A DNA stretch of 64,000 bases from Marsupella aquatica (Eukaryota > Plantae > Marchantiophyta), in the NCBI GenBank assembly GCA_973895155.1, contig OZ316897.1, forward strand, positions 17,952,457-18,016,456, given 5' to 3'. The position numbers were made by a program, and so were the translations under genes. Below are positions 26,198 to 39,912 of this stretch, one piece after another (position 1 is the stretch's first letter; the number at the start of each line of letters is the position of its first letter). The notes beneath the pieces were generated by a model. The model made no database searches and was not told where the DNA came from. It saw only the letters and a list, made by a program, of their open reading frames with translations.

Positions 26198-26314
26198 GTA
26201 AATTATGTAGTTGCTATTGTATCAATTCTGCGGTACCATAGTGATTATCTGGGTTATGCAAGTAATAAGTAAATAAAAAAGAAATTATTTGGCACCCTGG
26301 GCCAATATTTGAGC

Positions 26315-27000
26315 TAATATGTGAGCAGCTTTGGGAAATGCCAAAGTTTTCTTCCCAAAAAGAGTGGGCTGGAATGATAGGGCATCTCAAATCTCTTCTT
26401 AGGGCATTTCAAATCTCTTCTCTCTGCCTCCAGTCGTGATCAAAGGCAAATTCCCAGAAAGCATCTTAAGTATCTTCTTTCTGCCCCCGATCGGAATCAA
26501 AGGCATAAGTGGCAAACACAAAAAAGCATTGGTCCTAGCATGTCCGCACGCTCTTGACCAAAACTGGTACTTTCAGGCCAAGTATATTTCCTTGAATTCC
26601 AAGGTTTGAGATGCTCTAATAATATGTGGGCAGTTTCGGGAAATGGTGACCAAGGAAACGAACTTGTGTACTGAAAGAATTCCTGGACAATAATGCCAAA
26701 ACATGAAGTGCATTAATACGTGAATGCCAAAAGTAGGGGGGGGGGGGAGTATGTGGCCTGTTTCGGGAAAATTATGTGAGCAGTTTCGGGAAATGCCAAA
26801 ATTTCACTTCCCAAATTGGATGGGCTGGAATAATAATATGTGGCCAGTTTGGGGAATTGGGGAGGAAATAAAGTTGTGTACTCGAATAGTTCGTGGAAAT
26901 GCCAAAATACGAGCTTCCTGGAATAATGTTTGAATGCCACAATTCCACTCTTGGGCTGGAATATGATGTGAGCAATTTCTAGAAATGGGGAGGAAATAAA
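26315..27000 (+). repeat. Cluster of degenerate repeats (aatatgtgagcagtttcgggaaatgccaaa), resembling TE subterminal repeats
   Basis: The motif recurs at ~26316, 26621, 26750, 26772, 26835 and 26965. Confidence 0.7.
26360..26616. mobile_element. Tourist/PIF-Harbinger-like MITE
   Basis: TIRs gggcatctcaaa / tttgagatgctc, followed by TAA. It splits a repeat unit (gggctggaat|aataatatgtgg) that is intact at ~26822. Confidence 0.6.
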
Positions 27001-30000
27001 ACTCCAGGCATGGTGGGGGCGGATAAATTTGTGGGGTCTCTTCCCAATCCATCCAAAGCCTTTGAGACCCCACATGGACCGAGGCTTTTAGACGAATTGA
27101 CAGTCATGGGGAAAGTGACTCACTTCGCAAAAGCTGAATACAAACCCCTCTGGTCTTCAATAGTATAGCAGTCCGCAAAACTGTGAGTACAATAGTAGTC
27201 CTCAAAGCAAGGAGTCCCCCAAAGAAAACCAAATAGACTGAGTGCCAGACTTTGCTGAGTCAGGAACAAAACGATGGAAGCTTGCTCGCAAGGACATTCA
27301 CATTGCGCAGGAAGAACGAGACAACGTTTGTGAGAACACTCCATACTTGGTAAGTGAAAGCATTGCGTTCTTCGTCATCAGAACCCTCACATCCAAGTGT
27401 GGCGACAGCTTCAACACAGCTGGTAGAAGGAGAAAACTAACCCTGTATTGAAGACAGGAAGTGCAAATGTCCACAATGGTGACAAATATCATCTCAGTTG
27501 CATGTGAGCTAATTTCAAACTCGTTTCGTTACCGTTTTCTGACACGTTCGATTATTCCAGCTCTTCCAATGAAATACAGCTACTGCCAATGGTAAGAGCG
27601 AGGGTACATTCCGCAAAGGGGGCCCTCAGATACTTCGTCATCGTCGTCAGAAAAACCATTTACTCTCCACACTCACAAACTTTACTCCAGACACAATGTT
27701 CACAACTACGTCGATTCAATTTGCCATTTATATCCAGTAGAACTCTCAAAACTCAGCAGACTTCAATATTTACAAAACTCTACATGAATACAGCAACGGA
27801 GCTGCGAAGGCAAACTATTTGAGAGAGTGATCGTTGAAGACAAGTCTGCTTTCCAATTGTACTAGGTAACTGGCCCTAATTGCACTAGATAACCCAACAC
27901 GATTCTTCTCCGCCAGCAAACGATTCCACAGGTAACCTAGTTTCTTACTGGCATTCTCAATTCCAAACTGGAGTCCTTTGCTACGACAAGATACTCGACA
28001 TGCCTCACTCAATTGTAGCATGCCGTAATCTTTGAACGTGAAGTTTTCTTTGATTCGTTCACGAGGTAGGCTGCCCCTGAAGAGATTACCGCGCATCCGC
28101 AGCGAGAATGAAACGTACAGACATGTCTGGTGCCACTCCATTGCCAGCTGCGAAAACGACAGTGCCACTCGACAAAAGGTTTTGAGCAAGTTGAAAGTTC
28201 TCTTTGCCTCTCTACAGGATGACCACTTCAGTGTATGTCGTTCAAATCTGTCAAGCATCTGTACCAAAGAGACTCACTTGTTCAGTTTCACCACTCCTTG
28301 TCATAAACCAAAACAATTATCCCTTCTATATGTATGTACGAGCATACCCACATGAAAGCAAACCTCAAGGGAATTCCACCAACCATAACAATGTAACCCC
28401 CAGTCATCGTTAACAATGAACCAGTTCTCAACTTACTACAACCCGGTGCGTTCTCAAATGAAAGCAGTGTCTCTGTTAGAAGTAAAGTGGCCATCCGATC
28501 GAGGACAACAAATTTCCATCTGAGATAATTCTCAATGCAGGAGGACCCTCTATGATGGCAAATGTCGCCACATTCTTCATAAACAGTATCGAGACAACTT
28601 ACAGAAAGTGGTGCCAGGCGGTGAGGACACTTGCAGTCTCCAATACGCTCAGCGCATTCTCCGCAATGGAACTACATCTCATCACAGACGCACTGGCCAG
28701 AGACGATGACGCCGCTCCTGCTGCCGGCATTGTGGTCGATGACTGCTTTTCCAAATTCTACACTCTGTGCTTGAGATCAAAGCTCTCCACAATTCTGCTA
28801 CTTCTCCGCTCTCGTCTACAAACTAGCAGTTGCGAAGCAAGCAAAACCAGGGACGTCACACGAACTGTAAAAGCCTGTGGTGGGTACCGAGCTCTCATCA
28901 GCAGCGAGCAGAACGCCCTCTCTCTCTCACTCACCTCCCACGACGTTTTCGATCGATTTGCATGTCCAAGAACTAGTCGAGGAGTTTGCATGTCGAGGTG
29001 GAGAGGGACAGAGCAGAGCTGTTTCTTTGGTGCAGTGACAAATGGCTTCATGGACACTTGTCATGTTGGTCGAGGTTATGAGATCAACTAGCCAACTGGG
29101 CAGGTCAGGAGCATTGTAAGGATCTGAAATCGTATGTATCTTTTCTTTGCATGGGTTGTTGGGCAATACAATTCCCTCCACCATGTGCAGACGATTGGTG
29201 TTCGTGCCTTTACACAAATTCCCTTATTTTTGCCTTCTTGTAAGCTTGATATTAGGGGCTCAAGGCTTCGATTATGGATGATGGCATTCAACCAAAAAGG
29301 AATGGTCATAATTTCTTCATAAGGATAATTATGTAAACTGTTTTTTTTTTGGTTTGTTTTGTCTGTCACCAGCCTCTACATTGTCTGATGGTAATGGCAT
29401 AAGACCATTCCTTAATATGGCAAAAAGTTATGGACTATAAATTTTGGTAGGTCATAACTTGTCATCCATGAAATTGTCAGCTCTCCCCTATTAGTATGTT
29501 CGAGTTTGAACTCATCTAACTTGGATGGGATTGGACCATGTGTTGTTCTCCTAAGGGAGGTTGCTGTCCCTCCTTAAAACTGACCAGTGAGACACCACCA
29601 TGAGTGGGCTGCTCCCCCTAGAGAGTCGCATGTCTTGTTAAGCTGTCTCTCTGTTGAGGCCTAGACTCTATATTGGCGCCAGCTTCCACTAATTCTGGCA
29701 CTTTGACCTCTGGTACCCTTTTGATGTCGTTCCCCCTTTTTGGAGGGCTGTCCAATTGTATGCTGTCAATTTTTAATCGATCTTAATTGGATATGTCAAG
29801 GCAAGAACAGGTTGCGGTAAAGGCCAACATTTGGTGGTAAGAGTGGGACATTGTAAAGAAGAAAGTTTGATGTAAGGTTGTGTACTCAAGGTGCTTCTTG
29901 AACTGTGCATTGAGATGCAAACAAGACCCCACTTTAAGGTTCATTGTGCCCCTCTGCACAACAGATTGGATCACTCGTCAAACTGGTCAAAATTTACAAA

Positions 30001-31003
30001 AAGGGGGCCCTACACCGTCCAATGAAGTAGAGGCAAACCAGGCCCACGGTGGACAAACACCAATGTGGGCAAATGCAAACCCCCAAAGCTTAGAAAGAGA
30101 AAAGCATTTGCAATTATCAAGTCTGAATTGCAAACCCCAAAAGCCTAGAAAGAGAAAAGCAATTGCAATCATCAAGTCTGAAATGCATACTCCTAGTTGA
30201 GGCAATTTAGTAATGTGTTCCCATTGTACACTTACAAATGAAACTCATTTCACCTAATCCTTAGTCCAACACCGGTTCAATTTGTGAATTGTCACAGCGC
30301 CTCATTCGTAATTAATATTGTCATCTATGTGTGGAAGTTATCTCTACCTGTTTCTTTTGTACAGCATCCATTGAAACTGAAGTTTCCAGATACCAACAAC
30401 ATTGGACAAGATGTTTAATAGGCATACCTTACAACTCAAATAGCATGTTTCCTATGTATAAGTGCTCACCTTTTTGGGTATCACAAAAGAGCTTGGTCCA
30501 TTGGCGTCTTAGGGTCAAATGTTGGGGCTCATCCCAGTATCAACTTCCATTCATTTAAACAACTAGCAATGTAAATAGAGCCCTCTGCTAATCTAATGCA
30601 ACGTCTGCTGCAGGAGGCACCTTACAGAAACTGGGGTTGTCAAGCCGATTGCATTCTACTTCCTCCATCTACTGTGGTATGCTTCCTCCATCTACTGTGG
30701 TATGCTGAAACAATAATGGCTTTGATTAATAATGATAAAAATCCCCACAATCAATATCATGGGTACAGTGTATTGCCTCATTTTTATGTGTGATTACAGG
30801 GAAGGGCAATATGATGCCTAACCTTCTTTCTACTGACTAAATCGTACCACCAGGAATCTCTTTCGATCATTAATTACATCTCAAGTGCAAGCAAAATTAA
30901 TATACCTTCGTGACTGAGCAATTGCCCAGGAATGGTGATGACCCTTTGCCTCAAGCACTTACTTGAAAGGCTTGATAGCTGGAGAAGGGACAAATGTAGG
31001 AGG

Positions 31004-34000
31004 CTACTCATGTGCACCATCTCCACCTGCCAAGTCGCCATAGCTTACCGACCGTGCAGAGTATTCGCTCACAAGAGAGGAAAATAAAGATTTTGGATTC
31101 TCCAAAAGTTGACTTGGAGAACCATACTCTTGTATTCGGCCTGCAGTCCACACTCATAATTAGATTCCAAAATTGCATCATCTTAAACTTGACTTGCATT
31201 GATTATTGGTAGACATCATGCACGCTTTCCCCTCAAAGCATTCAACATGCTTTCAATCTTCAGTTTTCGTAAATCAGAGACAATTCCCATTAAAGTGTGA
31301 TGCTGTGGCTTTTCATTTGGAGTAGTAAGACAACCATAGACATCCTGCAAGACAAACAATGGCGTGCCGATAGCTATTGCAATCCGAAACTCTTCATGTG
31401 CCTACCAGATTCCAATGTTTAACTGAAAGTACTGAGCACGTTGCAAATTATAAGAAGTGTACCTGCATCTAGTACCAAAACCTTGTCGCTATCCATCACG
31501 GTGGGTATCCTGTGAGCGATACTGATGACGGTGGAGTCTTTGAACTCTTCTTGGATAATTGTTTGCATAATAGCATCAGTCTCTGCGTCCACTGAAGCAG
31601 TTGCCTCATCAAGGACCAGAATTTGACTATGTTTGAGCAGAACCCGACCGAGGCAGAAGAGTTGTCTCTGCCCAAGGCTCCAATTTTCTCCGCTCTCCAA
31701 AACTGCGCAGCATTAACAATTTCTGCTTAGTTTGGTGCTAAGATATGTTTTATTGTCGATAAATCCCCTCTCTCCTCTATCTTCACCAAGTCTAACCACA
31801 AAGTTTCTACCCACCTTATTCAACATGTTAACAAGAGATGTTCTGAAAAGAAACGTTCCACACAAGTTTTGTGAGTTAAACTGTCACCTACAATCGCAGC
31901 TCTAATTCCTTTAAACAATTACAGTCTTGCTTTCTAACAAATATTTCAAGGTAGAAATTAGCTGAAGTCAACATTGGAACCAATCCAGAGCAGTTACAAA
32001 GGAGGGGGACAAAGCTGCAATGTTGGAAAACCTGGAGCATCCAGCTTTCGTTCTTGCGCTCTAACGCTGCCAGCTAGTTGACATTTCTCCAAAGCCTGCA
32101 AATGGAAGAGCATCTAGTGAGATTAAACAAGATCAACTGAAGCATATTTCCGCAGGTACTACACAAGATTTCCAAATACTTCGAGGTTCTTAAGTTAACG
32201 TCTTGCAAGGTGTCAAGACATTCATAATACAGGGCAAGAAACCGAAGTACAAAAAGAGAGCAACACTCAGAACTGACGTGGCTGATAGTTTTTCGCTGCC
32301 AACTCAATTGAAAATCTAGAGAGTGGGACCACTGAATACATACTGTCCAAATATCAGCATCCACATACTCCCCGAGAGGATCCATGTTGCTTCGAACAGT
32401 GCCATCAAACAGTGTAGGATCCTGTGGTATGATACTCAGGCGGGAGCGCAAGTCATTCAGCCCAAGAGTGCTGATGTCTACATCATCTATAATTACCGAA
32501 CCCTCCGCAGCTTCTACAAGTCTAAACAGAGCGAGTATGAGCGTTGATTTTCCACTGCCAGTTCGACCAACAACTCCAACTTTGTGTCCGCCCTTGATGG
32601 TCAAATCTATACCCTTCAACACCAGAGGTGTTTGGGGTCGATAGCGAAGCTGAGTCATCCACGACCAACACATGTGAGAAAAGTATCTCATGAAACCTAG
32701 ATTGACGACTCGTTCAACAAATTACAGTCGTACAGACTGGAGAGAAAAGGAGCATTCTTGTTTGCTTCACTGAAAATTCGGCGCTTGAAGTGGGGATATA
32801 AAACTTGCGAAAACAACACCTTGAATAAGACTCTCAACATTAACGTACAACTCCCAAGCAAAACCGTTTCTATGGCTGAGGGCCAATGACAAACCTTCAG
32901 GTTTTGCAACACAATGTTTCCAGGGTAAGGCCAACTGGAAGGTGGCCGGGTCTTGTCTATTCTTAGCTCTGCCTCGGCGGGCAAGTTACTGTATTGTCCA
33001 ATGCGTTCAACCGAAACCATTTTGTTTTCGAGTTGGCAATACATCCAGGCGACAATGAAAAGAGATCCATTCAAGTTCATTCCATAGGTCAAGCACAATC
33101 CCACCATTTCTGCATCATTACAAGACAAGTGAGTATGGCACAAGCAAATAGGTACACGAACCCTTTAGTGGAAAATAACTTGCCCAGTCAGATCTGACAA
33201 GCAATTTCTAAACTATTTGTCCTATAAAAAATTTGAAAACAGAGGAGAAATATGTTCTCGTCTGGGTTCTCTTTCCATGACAACAGAAAAGAAGGCAATG
33301 TTGGAGCTTAACAATCACCATTATTGTGGCACTGACCTGAATCAATGTAGCCCACAGGAAGGAGTACTAAAGCAAGGGTTGAACAACAATATATAACGAT
33401 GCCAATTAGCTCCATTCGAAGTCCAACCCACTCAGTCGCGGCTTGGTAATGAAAGGGCATCCGCAGGTTGGAGTCAACCGTATCCACATTCATCTGGATG
33501 AACCGATCCTGCTGTTGAAAGCCCCGAATCGTCACAAACCCTGCAATAGTCTCCGAAAAATGATTGATAACTGGTGCTTGTGTAAGGCCATCGAGCCTAG
33601 TCAACTCTCTTGCCGTTGCGAAGTAAGTTGTCTGCATAGTTCAATCAAGCATGGAGAACACCCAGAATCGTGTGAGGGTTCATATACATGAATTACAGAA
33701 ACAAACGGGTGTGAATTGAGATGAGGGTTTACTGTATTGTCTGCAAAGACGAAGATCAGAACGAGTGTGTAGCTAGAAGATCACAAAACTTGATTGGATT
33801 CGGTTGAAATGAATAAAAATAATAATTTCTGGTTCACTACGAATAAAAGTTGAGATATATCACGTGAGAGCCAGGTAACCGGAGTGTACCTGATATCTGT
33901 AGTAGAAAAACCCCAGAGGAATAAGTAAAATAGAAACCTGCCAAGTGATACTCAAAGTGACTAAAATAACGCCCACAAGTTGGAATCCAACGCTAACAAC

Positions 34001-37000
34001 TCCATTGAACCATACTGGTATCTGTACGTCGGTATTTGCCTGATCCGTCGAAGCCTGTTCATAGAACAAGAACGAGGAAAGTTCTGTTAGAGAATTGTCT
34101 GGGATGAAATTTATCCATCCCTAATATCCTGTTTATGTAAGACTCTAACTGGTTATGCTATCACCCAACACCAAGTCATGCCGGCTGCAAGACATTTGGT
34201 TGTAAAAATTGGCTCCCACGGGAATAGCTACGCCGCTGAAGAAGTCCAGCAAACAGAGATCATACATCCCCACATGGATATCTCAATTTGGGCCTAAGAA
34301 TGTTGAATGCGCAGGAAACAAAGGAAGCCGGAAGTACATGCAAGGCAACATTGAAACACTAAACCTCTACATGCAGATGACATGTATTTGTCTCACCGTA
34401 CCAGAAATTGGGAACAAGGAAGAGTAATTAAACGTTTCGTGACTTGATGCTCTTATTATGTAGGGTAGATAAAGTTAACACTTACCCGACTCAGAATCCT
34501 TCCAGTTGGTGTCGTGTCAAAAAATGACATAGGTGCACGGAATAGGCTACGTAGCATTCCAAGGTAAAAACTTTGAGCGGTAACGAGACCTATGTAGGCC
34601 ACTAAAAACGCTCGGATGAACACTGTAATCCCACAAGCAGCTGCAAGACTAGCATAAACGACCACAAACCTTGCGGTCTGTGTATTTTGTTCACCCTCTG
34701 GGGTAGCCCCGTAGGCCACCCAAAAGTCACCTCCAATTTGGAGTACCTGCCATGCAACCTGGATGACGAGGAGCAGGATGAGCAATAAACCCCCATAAGC
34801 CCTTGTGAAGTACGACCAGTACACTGACCAGCTCACACGACCAGATGCCCTTTGCTCAGCTTGAGTCAATTGAGCAGATCTCGTCGCGTCCTCGTCAGAT
34901 TTCACTTCAGTAGCCGATTTTTTTCTCTGGGAGAGACTCTTCCCAAGCCCATCATCACTTCGATGTGACGAAGACCTCGAAAAAGAACGGGATTTGGCCT
35001 GGTAAGAAGTTGGTGAGGGTGCTTCCTCAGCAGGAGTGTCTGAATCCTGAGGTTCAGCCACTTCATGTGGTTGCACTTTGCTAAATGCCTCATTAGTCGC
35101 CCCCACCAGTGCTTCAAAATCTGTCCCTCCTGTTAAGAGGTCTTCATAATGCCCTGACTGGACAATCTTCCCATCTCGCAGTACCTATTGCATGCAAGAT
35201 GAAAGCTACTTAGGGTCCCAACTCATCATACAAAGAAGTTTTTCCTACAGTATCCATAATTTGAATCAGTCACATCGTCAAAGACTTACCACAATCAAAT
35301 CTGCTCCTGGCAGAAAATCAATTTGATGAGTAACTAATATCACCGTCTTACCAGCTAAACCCCCAACGATACAATCCTGCAAATTCCGTGCCAACAAAAC
35401 AACCGTATCAAACGCGCTGACACAACTGAAAAGTACTTCGCAAAGTTCTTTATCAATAAAAACTAATTTGCCCATATTTTTCTTTAAAAAATAAGAGAAG
35501 CAAAAATTGTGACTTATAACTATCAAACAGCCTCCCTTGTATACAATCCATCAATAACCATCCTAAATTCCCTAATTCAGACATAAAAAGAATAAACTTT
35601 GAATTTGCAAAACAGGTGCCTTGCAATTATACAACAGAGTACAATAAAAAAGGTCTTGCATGACATGTTTTCGGACAATCAGCAGGTGTGGGCAAGCAAA
35701 CTGACTCGAAATAAGGCAGAGCCCGTGTGAGCATCCACTGCACTAAAGATGTCATCCAGTAAGTAAACATCACTATCTTGATACACTGCTCGGGCCAGTT
35801 GGATGCGCTGTTTCTGCCCTCCACTAAGATTTATACCACGCTCTCCAATCTCAGTCTGGTCTCCAAATTCCATTTGCGCAAGATCTGTCTCCAAGGCACA
35901 TTTGGATATCGTAGAAAAGTACTTGGCTTTATCCATCGGCTGACCAAATAAGATATTGTCTTGAATAGTCCCAGTCTGTATCCAGGCTTGCTGAGATACA
36001 TAAGCCGTTGTCCCACTGGTCTTTACCTGCCCATATTCAATCCAAAAGCTCATCAGAGAGATCCACAACGACCCAATGCAAGACAGAAATTCTTCTTTAG
36101 CTACACCCTCGGAGAATTGTGTAGCATTATACTACTTCACACCGGCACATAACTACAGACAACGAGAACAGAGTCTAGGATAATCCTCAGGCCAGCAAGT
36201 TCGACAATGACTTCATGAAATGTGAGACCGAATGAATACGTTTGAATCCTCAAATTTTCCGATAAGGTTGGAATCACGACATCGTCATATGAGAGCCTCT
36301 ATCCTTTCAGTATCAGATTCTAATCTCCAATCAAAAGTAAACTCAACCCCCCTGAACCTCCAGCATTACAGAAACCTTTGAGACAGTTATTAAGTTGGCG
36401 TCATATGAAGCAAGAGTCTTCCATACCGTTCCTGACACCGTCGTCATTTCTCCAAGCAGCGCCGCTAAGAGAGAACTCTTTCCCATCCCAACCTTCCCGA
36501 CAATAGCAACCATAGATCCCGGCTTCACGTGTAAATTGATGTCATGCAAATTTGGGGTCTCGAGCTCTGCACCCCATTTGAAAGAGCCTCCTTCAACACT
36601 GACTGCCCACTCAGATGCTCCATGTGGTAATTTCTGCACAGCGTCTGGCTGCAGCTCATCACTCCACAAATATCTTTGGAGCCGTTCCAAGGAAATTCTA
36701 CACTGTGAGACTGCAATGAGAGTTTGAGGGAACGTTCGCAAAGGCTCCTGAACTATCTTCACAGTTGATATTGTTGTGAATGCCATAGAGGAAGACAAAT
36801 TCCTTCCCATCAAATAGGTGCAGGTAAATATTGCCACAGTGGTGGCAAGAGGCGTGAGCCAGAGAGTGAAGGTATTCCAATTAACTGTAATCATAAACTT
36901 CGCCAGAGCATTGTACTCCTTCTGCCGTGCCCCTGAAACGTTATCAAGGAACCTTTGATCCCAGGATTGAAGCTTAATGATCTTCATATTGTTGAGTGAT

Positions 37001-37875
37001 TCGACGGTTACGAGCATCCTCTTATCTCTGCTCAACATGAATCTCTTCTGGAAGTCCTGGAGCTTTGTGGCAACCCCAGTTGTCGCTGCAGCACTGAGAA
37101 GGATCACCACTAATCCTGCAAATGCCGAGACTCCAGTCACAGAGAAGAGTATAGCAATGGCCACTACAAGTTGGCAAGGTACAAGCCATACATTGTTGAG
37201 TTGAACGCACAGATCACCCAGCTGCTGAACATCCACTGACATGTAATTGATAATTTGTCCCACACCATGGCTTTGCCGGGCAAAGCTTGACAGCCTGAGT
37301 CCTTTTCGATACACCGCAGAAATCAGTGACGACCTCACTCCAATTCCCACCCTCTGGCAAGAGAACTGGTAGACATGACTTGTCGCAACTTCCGTGGTCT
37401 TGGCTAGAAACAAGATCAAAACCAGAAGAAGGCCTTCATATGGAAAGGATTCATTCCCAGAAGTGACCTGGACGAAGCTCTGGATTAGCACTGGACCCAC
37501 GAACAATACCGAGAGCCTGCATAGTGCGAGAATACTGGTGCCGAGGAACTCCTTCCAGAAGGTTTTGACTAATGTTCTCCTTACTGAATTTGGCTGCTGT
37601 TTGTTCGGCCAGTTAGCTACAAAGTTCTCATAACGCTTTCTAGTTCGATGGTCCCGCCTCAACAGAGGAACGTCGTCCTTCGAAAGTGCTCTTTCTTTAC
37701 CTTCTTTCAACAGTGGATTCAACCAACTAAACGACGTGATTCCCCAAAATCCAGCACTTGCAAAGTCAGTCGTTCGGAGTCCTTTCAGAGATGGGTCTAA
37801 GTACTTCTCCTCCTCCTCCTCCTCCTCCTCTGGAATTCTGGATTCCAACAGTGGCTTGGTGACTCCGTGCTCCAT
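31004..37875 (-). CDS. ABCC: ABC transporter subfamily C (MRP), 11 exons, ~1325 aa
   Basis: Exons: 37875-36427, 36026-35706, 35376-35290, 35184-34486, 34054-33890, 33631-33337, 33109-32895, 32649-32344, 32095-32032, 31702-31463, 31140-31004 (3978 nt, in frame). NBD1: [24 protein letters not shown]2: [23 protein letters not shown]. Also [11 protein letters not shown]. Exon sizes of 321, 87, 295, 215, 306, 64 and 240 nt are typical of plant ABCC genes. Confidence 0.95.
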
Positions 37876-39774
37876 GTTCGCTCTCCAAACGACCCCCTGG
37901 CAGCCACAATCGAGAAACCAGAATTTTAGAAAGGTCCAGACTTTTGGGCACTTGTTGTAATAAAACTGAATACTTAGAAAATGATCAACGTGTGTTCAAC
38001 CGAAGCTGCATATGAGGCAAAAAAACAGAAGAGAGTGTAACTCTGTTATGAATTCATCGACTTCAAAGAGTACTGCAAACTCAGGCAATTATATCAGAAA
38101 GCCTGCATCCAAGCTACAAGATTCAATCCCGGTCAGATGGTAATTTAGCTGTTGCTGAGGGGCAGCTCGATGAACCGCTCTGCCCTTAGAGAAAGAAGGA
38201 GGAGACTTCGTCTTCTCGCTTGGTTCATTGAAATAACGCGAGACATGGCTATTTGACGCACATCGGCAAGACTTGGTGTTCGTTTCACAGCGGCTTGTCT
38301 ATGGTGAAAAAATTGTCTCCGCCGGTATCCATTACTTCAGTCCTTCATTCTAAACTTGTGAATGGACCTTCGGCCGCTCAGAACCATAAAAAACTTCAAT
38401 TCTTACAACGGTCTTCCGTAGTCTCGTTTGGCCACGATTCACGGTCTTCCGTAGTCTCGATTGGCCTCGATTCCTACTGCTGCATGAATGCCTACCTGAG
38501 ATCACTACATCAGCGTAATGCTGAACTCAATCTGAATCCGAACAGCAAAGGTGCACTCCAGCTAACTAAGGTGGAACTGCTACTTGATCGCCAGACGACG
38601 ATGGACGAGGCGATGAATCTATCGGATTCAAAAAATTGACTGCCTACCTACTTGAACTGCAGGGCCCACTCAATCCACATCGCCCAATTACCTCAGCGGG
38701 CCAGGTTGCACCCTCATGCACGTCCTTGCACGCGGTGGGTGTTTCTCATTCTCCTCAATTTTCAACTCATGTAACCATGTAGGCGGTGGCACCTCATGAT
38801 TTTCCCAGATTCATAATTGCATGTCGATGTCAGGTGTATACCCCAACAACCAAGGATTGACAGATTTTACTGCATCATGTCCTTTGTCTGCCTTGGGATG
38901 GTGTCTCTGTACACCACGAGAAAACCGCAAGCTGGGGACCCTCAAAGGATAGTGGATATTACGCTAGCGATGCGGCCCAGCTCACGTGTACCAAATCAGA
39001 TCCAAAAAAGTTGGATGGAGTCCAATAAAATCAAACGCGACACTGAAATTGTATTCATAAGAAGGCCAAGCTCAGTGCTCCACAGTGCTTTCCATCAAGT
39101 ACATCATCAAGAATGGTCGATCAACGAAGGCGAAATCCGCCTTCATGCCCAACTCAGCCACATTGCAGCAGCATCTCTTGAGCAGTATGAGAAATTCTCC
39201 CTATGCTAAAGTGAACATTTCATGCAGTAGAGTTCCAGAGCCGCTCACCGAGTTTCCAACTTCCCATCAAGTCGATGCGGAGCCGAATTCGAACCGATCA
39301 GTCCGCCAGCGTCTCATCTCTCAGCCCCACAATCGATCCGACCATAGCTCGACAACTCACGGAGCCGGGTCTATTAAAGGGAGAGCAATTGCGGGCGAAG
39401 ACAGACTTTCACTGGACCTGCCGAGAATTCTGGGTCCAGCTTACGAGTGACTTCTGCGGCTTGGCACGCAAGCTCGTCATAATACCTCAGCCCCAACAGT
39501 TTGACCGACCTATAGTATGGGCATCTGGGTATAGAGAAAACTTCATGCACGCTCTCACTGTTTGCTTAGTTTGTAAGTTTCCGTGCTTTAATGGAGAAGT
39601 TTGTGATTTGGATCCGAGAGTTAACCAAACTTCTCACTCTCATTCTTGGAGACGAATGTGATTTCCGTTGGAAGGAGAAGGACGTGATTTGGATCCGAGA
39701 ATTACAAACTTCTAATTTTTATGCTCATTTCAATGTGACGTGACTTTTTCGGATTTCTCGTTTTTCAAGCGTCA

Positions 39775-39912
39775 CTTTAATGGTAGGGATTTTTCACCCC
39801 TAGAGTTTATACCAAAATCTTTAATGGTAGGGACTATTCACCCCTAGAGTTTCTACAAAAAACTTTATGGGAGTGACTATTCACCCCTAAAGTTTATACC
39901 GAAATCTTTAAA
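39775..39912 (+). repeat. Tandem repeat, 3 x ~44 bp
   Basis: ctttaatggtaggga...ttcacccctagagtttataccaaaat occurs three times. Confidence 0.85.

Noticed and set aside
38640-39450. Possible missing TMD0 exons or a serpin-like fragment (ADFAFVDRPFL) upstream of the ABCC gene
   Set aside because: Multiple stops, no hydrophobic TM run, and the motif is too short to support a call.
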